DNA of 64,000 bases from assembly GCF_009914755.1 (NCBI RefSeq), contig NC_060944.1; one strand, given 5' to 3'. Made by a program: the position numbers and the translations under genes. Shown piece after piece: positions 58,764 to 64,000 of the stretch. The notes under the pieces were generated by a model. It worked only from the letters and a program-made list of their open reading frames with translations, did no database searches and was not told where the DNA came from. The number at the start of each line of letters is the position of its first letter. Positions within the stretch are counted from its first letter, which is position 1. This DNA comes from the human T2T-CHM13v2.0 reference genome, Homo sapiens.

Positions 58764-60030
58764 CATTCATGTGGAAATGTGTAAAAAATAGATATTGAAG
58801 TCGGGAGAGCTGGTGAAAGGTCATTTTTGGAGATGTAGGCTTGGGAATTATTAGTATTTATATATTTAATATTTAGGGCATAGACAGGGTGAGACCACCT
58901 ACAGGGAGTGTGCAGATGAAGAAAATTTCTCAGAAAAGAATCCTAGACACTCCAGTAACACAAAATGCCGTGGACCTGAAAAGTATATTGAGAAGGAATG
59001 GCCAGAAAAGTAGGAGGATAGCAGGAAAGTCCAAAATTCTAAAACCCATTAGAAGACAATAGTTAAAGTAGAGGGATATGATCACTTATCTTGAAAGCTA
59101 CTGAGATGTCAAGCAAGATGAGAAAGGAAATGTCATTATTGGATTTGCCAACATAGGGGTCATTGGTGACCTTGGTGAATACAGCCTCTCTAGAAAAAGG
59201 AGGACAAACATTCAAGTGAATATTCAGGAGATAATGAATGGTGAGAAAGGAGACAGCAATGTTGACAACTTTTTCAAGAACTTTAACTAGGAAATGGAAC
59301 AGAGAAATGGTGCTGTGTTTGCCGAAGGATGGGGTATCAAGGGAATGATGTCAATATGTTTGGCAGCAATTATTTTCAATGCTGCATACTATTCCATTCT
59401 CTGAACCTATTGTAAACTATATATTCATGAGTGTTTAGTATATACACATACCTCTGTTTTGCAAAGCAGTTTGTCATGCTACTACCATCAACAGGGACAA
59501 GAGGTCCCAATTATTCACATTCTAATTCAAAGTGTGAGACTCTGGCCAAATGATCCTTCTGACCTCTCTGTAAAAAGACCAAGTTCTAAATGACTTTGGC
59601 TTTCACTTTGATCTCTGTTAATCAAGATTTACTCTGAGCTCCCAAAGGCATAAAGAGCTTTTTCCTTCTGGTTTCTTGCTTCTCTCCAAGCAGGACTTTG
59701 GAGTATCAGTGGGTGATTACAGTGATAGTTTCCTTCATGGCTTTCAGGCCATGAACAAATGAAAACAGAACAAAAGGCCAAGAATTCCATGCTTCTGTAA
59801 GTCTGTTATTTCAGGGTAATTACACATTTACATTTTTGCAGCTAGCAGCTGATGGACATTGTGCAAAAGGGAAAAAAAGATAAATGTAGATTTTTTTAAG
59901 GTTTTCTTTATGACTTTGTTTTTAAAGACTACTTTGTGTTTGAAACATACAAATTAGAGCTCAAAAGTTTCCAGCAATTAGTTTACACAGCAAAAGAGAA
60001 GGAATCAAGGCCAAAGAACAATCTTATTTA

Positions 60031-60378
<348 letters not shown>

Positions 60379-60434
60379 TTAGTCACAGAAAAAAACAGAA
60401 ATACTAAGTGTTTATTATTCTTAATCAGTTTCAT

Positions 60435-60880
60435 CACATGTAGGTCCTGAGTCAAGGACTTGAATGAAAATCGTTTATTTTGAAGAAGTTCCCAGGGAAC
60501 AGCATTAGAAGTATGTCGAAGGGAGGAAGGGAAGTGATGTAGTCAATAAAGGATATGTTATCAAGCCATTACTACTGTGGGCAACCAGAGTCAATCCCAC
60601 TGGAAACTGGGAGGCATGATCAAATACAAGCCTCAGAGTTTCCCCACTGGAGGTGCAAGGGAGCTGGGATATTTATCCACCAACTTTCTTGAGTCATTGG
60701 TTGATGGTTGTTTCCAGGAGACATCAACTCTCTTGCACTTCCAGCCTGTTAGGCCTTAAGCAGGCTCTGGCCATGGAAAAATCACTTCAACAGAAAAGAT
60801 ATAAAGGCTGATAGTTAGAAGTCGAGTCCAAATTCAATAAGATGGTAAAGAGAGACACAGCTGGGGAATCAACAGAGGCC
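60435..60880 (-). mobile_element. LTR33-like ERVL LTR
   Basis: Shares tgtgggcaac...aatcccactgg...aagggagc...tatccaccaac with 54685-55175. Confidence 0.65.
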
Positions 60881-63070
60881 TGTAATCGGTATGGAAGGGA
60901 CAATAGTCGTTAAAACAAAGCTCCCTCTGTACTTGTTTCTGACACTAATCCAAATGAGGACCTCCAATTCCCCCTTAGGAAATCATCCATTTAGTCCAAC
61001 CCATAGATTGGCTTATAAGGACATGGAGGCTCAGTGATACTTAGTGACTTGCTCAAGGGTGCACAGATGCAGTAGAGAAATTGGACATCTTGATGTATTA
61101 ATATGTGAGTTTGATGAACATGAGTAAAATGTGTCTTCAAATATTTAGACAGAGAGAAAGAAAATAGCTGTCTGAGACATTCAAGTGAAGCATTTCAAAT
61201 GGAAACTTCTTAGCTTATACTTAGCCCCAGCCAGACTCAGAAACAGATATAGGCACTAGACTAGACAGCATCAACATTCCAACAGGAGTTTTCCCTTCAC
61301 CGTGGAAGATTATTATTGTGCCCACAGAAAATGTCTGTGCATAGACAGAGCCCATATGACTCTTGCATTTTCTTTCCTGACTTAGACATAAATTTGGCAA
61401 AGGAGCATCATGCGAAGTGGACAGAACGTTCCTTTTGTCCTTTGAACTAGACAAGAATCAGGCAATGACCCTGCCTTAGCACTTTATTTAGAGATGAATT
61501 CCCCCGCTCTAGGGTTTTGGTGGACAGGTTTATTTCACTGTAAGTGGGAAAATTCCTGGCTGTTTCTCACCTCACCGAAGAGTGCTAACAGAGGGATTCC
61601 CATTGATCTGATTTGTTTGCACTGTAAGGCTGGATTCAACTTCAGCGTGAAATCATCTTGCAATCTGAAATAATCTTGATTGGATTTCCGTTTGGATTAA
61701 CATCACGTAAGAGTTGATATCCACTCTACCATCAGAGATTGTGGTCTATGCTACTTCTTTTGTCCCTTTGTTTTATATAAGTAACGAGCTTGGAGATGTA
61801 AATCAGTCACCATTTTAAACTGATTGATCAAACTCAGTAAGAAATAAAACCTTTTCATGGAACTCACTCAGCCTTCAAACATTTGCAAATTAACTAAGTC
61901 ATAAGTACTCTAGACCAATTTATAAAAACACAGTTAAAATATCTCAATTAAAATCATACATACTCACATGTTCAAATAAACTGCAATAAGCTTCTATAAA
62001 ATTGCTTAGAAAATATAATTTCTGTTTTAAATTTGTAAATTATTTCCCAGGTCATCAAATTAATAATTGAAAAAAACCTTCTAATAATTGGTGGGTATTT
62101 CTGCCTAATTTTCATTAAAAGTGGTAGTTTAGTCTGTCCTCCTGAAGCACTTAACCTGATTTTATATCTTAATAAAGGAACACTATTTAGGAGTTTGGGG
62201 ACTGTGCTATGCTGTGAAAGCCATTCCTTGGAGCCCATTTTTGTTATTGATGAAATTCTTCCAGTCTGGGATGAACAAACTGTAAAGCCATAAATAAAAG
62301 ACCAAGGAGAAGAAAGACACTCTGATCAGACATTCCTAATTCTAAATATAGTTTAAGAATCTGTCTCCTGTTCATTTTAGCAAAAGGTTTGGAGATAACA
62401 TTTCACACTGACATATTTCCATACAATCATTTAAATTTATTATTTCCAGTTTTTAGTGTAAATATACATATACACATAGTCTCTCTTTATATATAACTAA
62501 AAATCTAAGCTCATCCTAGAAATATTTTGGGAATATGTATTTTATAAAGAAACAGAATCAGAATATAATTTGTTACTCATCTCTCTTTCCAAAGGCAACC
62601 CAAGTTAATTTCCTGGAATCTCTCCTAGTAGTATTTTTAAGCATTCATTTGTCTTTTATCTAGCTGGAATTAAGTTAAATGTGGGATTGTGTTTCATGCC
62701 ATTGTTTTATATTGTAAGATATTAAAACATAATATTTTTAAGTTGTAGCCATCAATTTAATGATTAACTACACAATAATTCATACATTACCTACATTTCT
62801 ATGAGTTTTTCAAGTCTACGTGTGATGGTGAGACCTGCATTTGAGATAAGGGGCAAACCGAGTGCATGGAAGGAGGTACAGAGGTAATATTAGAGAGCTG
62901 ACCTTAATCCTGTAGAGCCAGGTCATGAAAAGGGAGTAGAGAACCTCAAGAGAAGAGCAGAGGGAGAAAGAATGTGAGTTTGACGACAAGTTGCATTAAT
63001 AAAAAACCAACAATCAAGTCATGTATTATTTGTAGACATACAAAAGATAAATACTTTTTAAGAGTCTTGA

Positions 63071-63417
<347 letters not shown>

Positions 63418-63591
63418 TCACATTTTCCTTGATGACCTTCTAACTTAAGCAATCTTAACTGGCAAAACTAAAAAATCAAAATATTAATAATTCCCCCACG
63501 ATATGTGTCCTAGTTTAGTTTATAAGTCTTGGCACTTAAGAGATCTAATGAGAACTTACATTTAAAACATGTTTTAAAATAAATTTTAAAA

Positions 63592-63653
63592 GCTAGAGAT
63601 AAATCCATGGACAGTAAACCATGCTAGAGGTAAATCCATGGGCAATAAACCAT
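63592..63653. repeat. 2 x 31-bp tandem repeat
   Basis: gctagagataaatccatggacagtaaaccat / gctagaggtaaatccatgggcaataaaccat, 3 mismatches. Confidence 0.9.
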
Positions 63654-64000
63654 GCCAGTTCTCTTTTCTGTGCTAATTATTAGATTATCAATGCCTTTAT
63701 TTTTCTCCCCTTTCTGTCTTCCTCTTTTGATTTTGTTTTCAATGTTAAAATGCCAAGGCACTTATAATGCTTCCCATATTAGGTTTTCTTCTGAAAACCA
63801 TTTGTCCTTTTCTGTATACCAGATTCTCATTATAACTGGGTCTGTGCGTGTGAGCTGTGGAGCCTCCACCTTTGTAAACAAGCCTAAAAAAATTGCTTCT
63901 GTAACTAATAAGCCTGATGCCTTCAGCCCATAGGGATCTCTTTCATCTCTGTTCTAATAAAACTTACTAGCAATTAACTCATAATCCTAACCTCTGTAAG

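Overview
Primate (hominoid, probably human) non-coding genomic DNA, either intergenic or deep intronic. It is AT-rich, has no CpG island and contains no recognisable cellular protein-coding exon. Much of the window is interspersed repeat: about 13 Alus (J, S and Y types), two young 5'-truncated L1PA copies carrying the 3' part of ORF2, many old L1M/L2/MIR relics, THE1/MLT1/ERVL/ERV1 LTRs, hAT DNA-transposon MITEs, a truncated 7SL retrocopy and several microsatellites. The long ORFs in the track are L1 ORF2 remnants, antisense Alu/L1 or low-complexity artefacts. I found no evidence of a new gene system. The most notable items are mutational footprints: a perfect 86-bp tandem duplication, an L1 with a ~19-bp 5' micro-inversion and a fold-back palindromic 3' end, an internally deleted two-LTR THE1 element and a near-abutting inverted Alu pair. 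Several repeat-free, motif-rich blocks are candidate enhancers. Repeat subfamily names come from recalled consensus motifs and need RepeatMasker/Dfam confirmation. Boundaries of old repeats are approximate.
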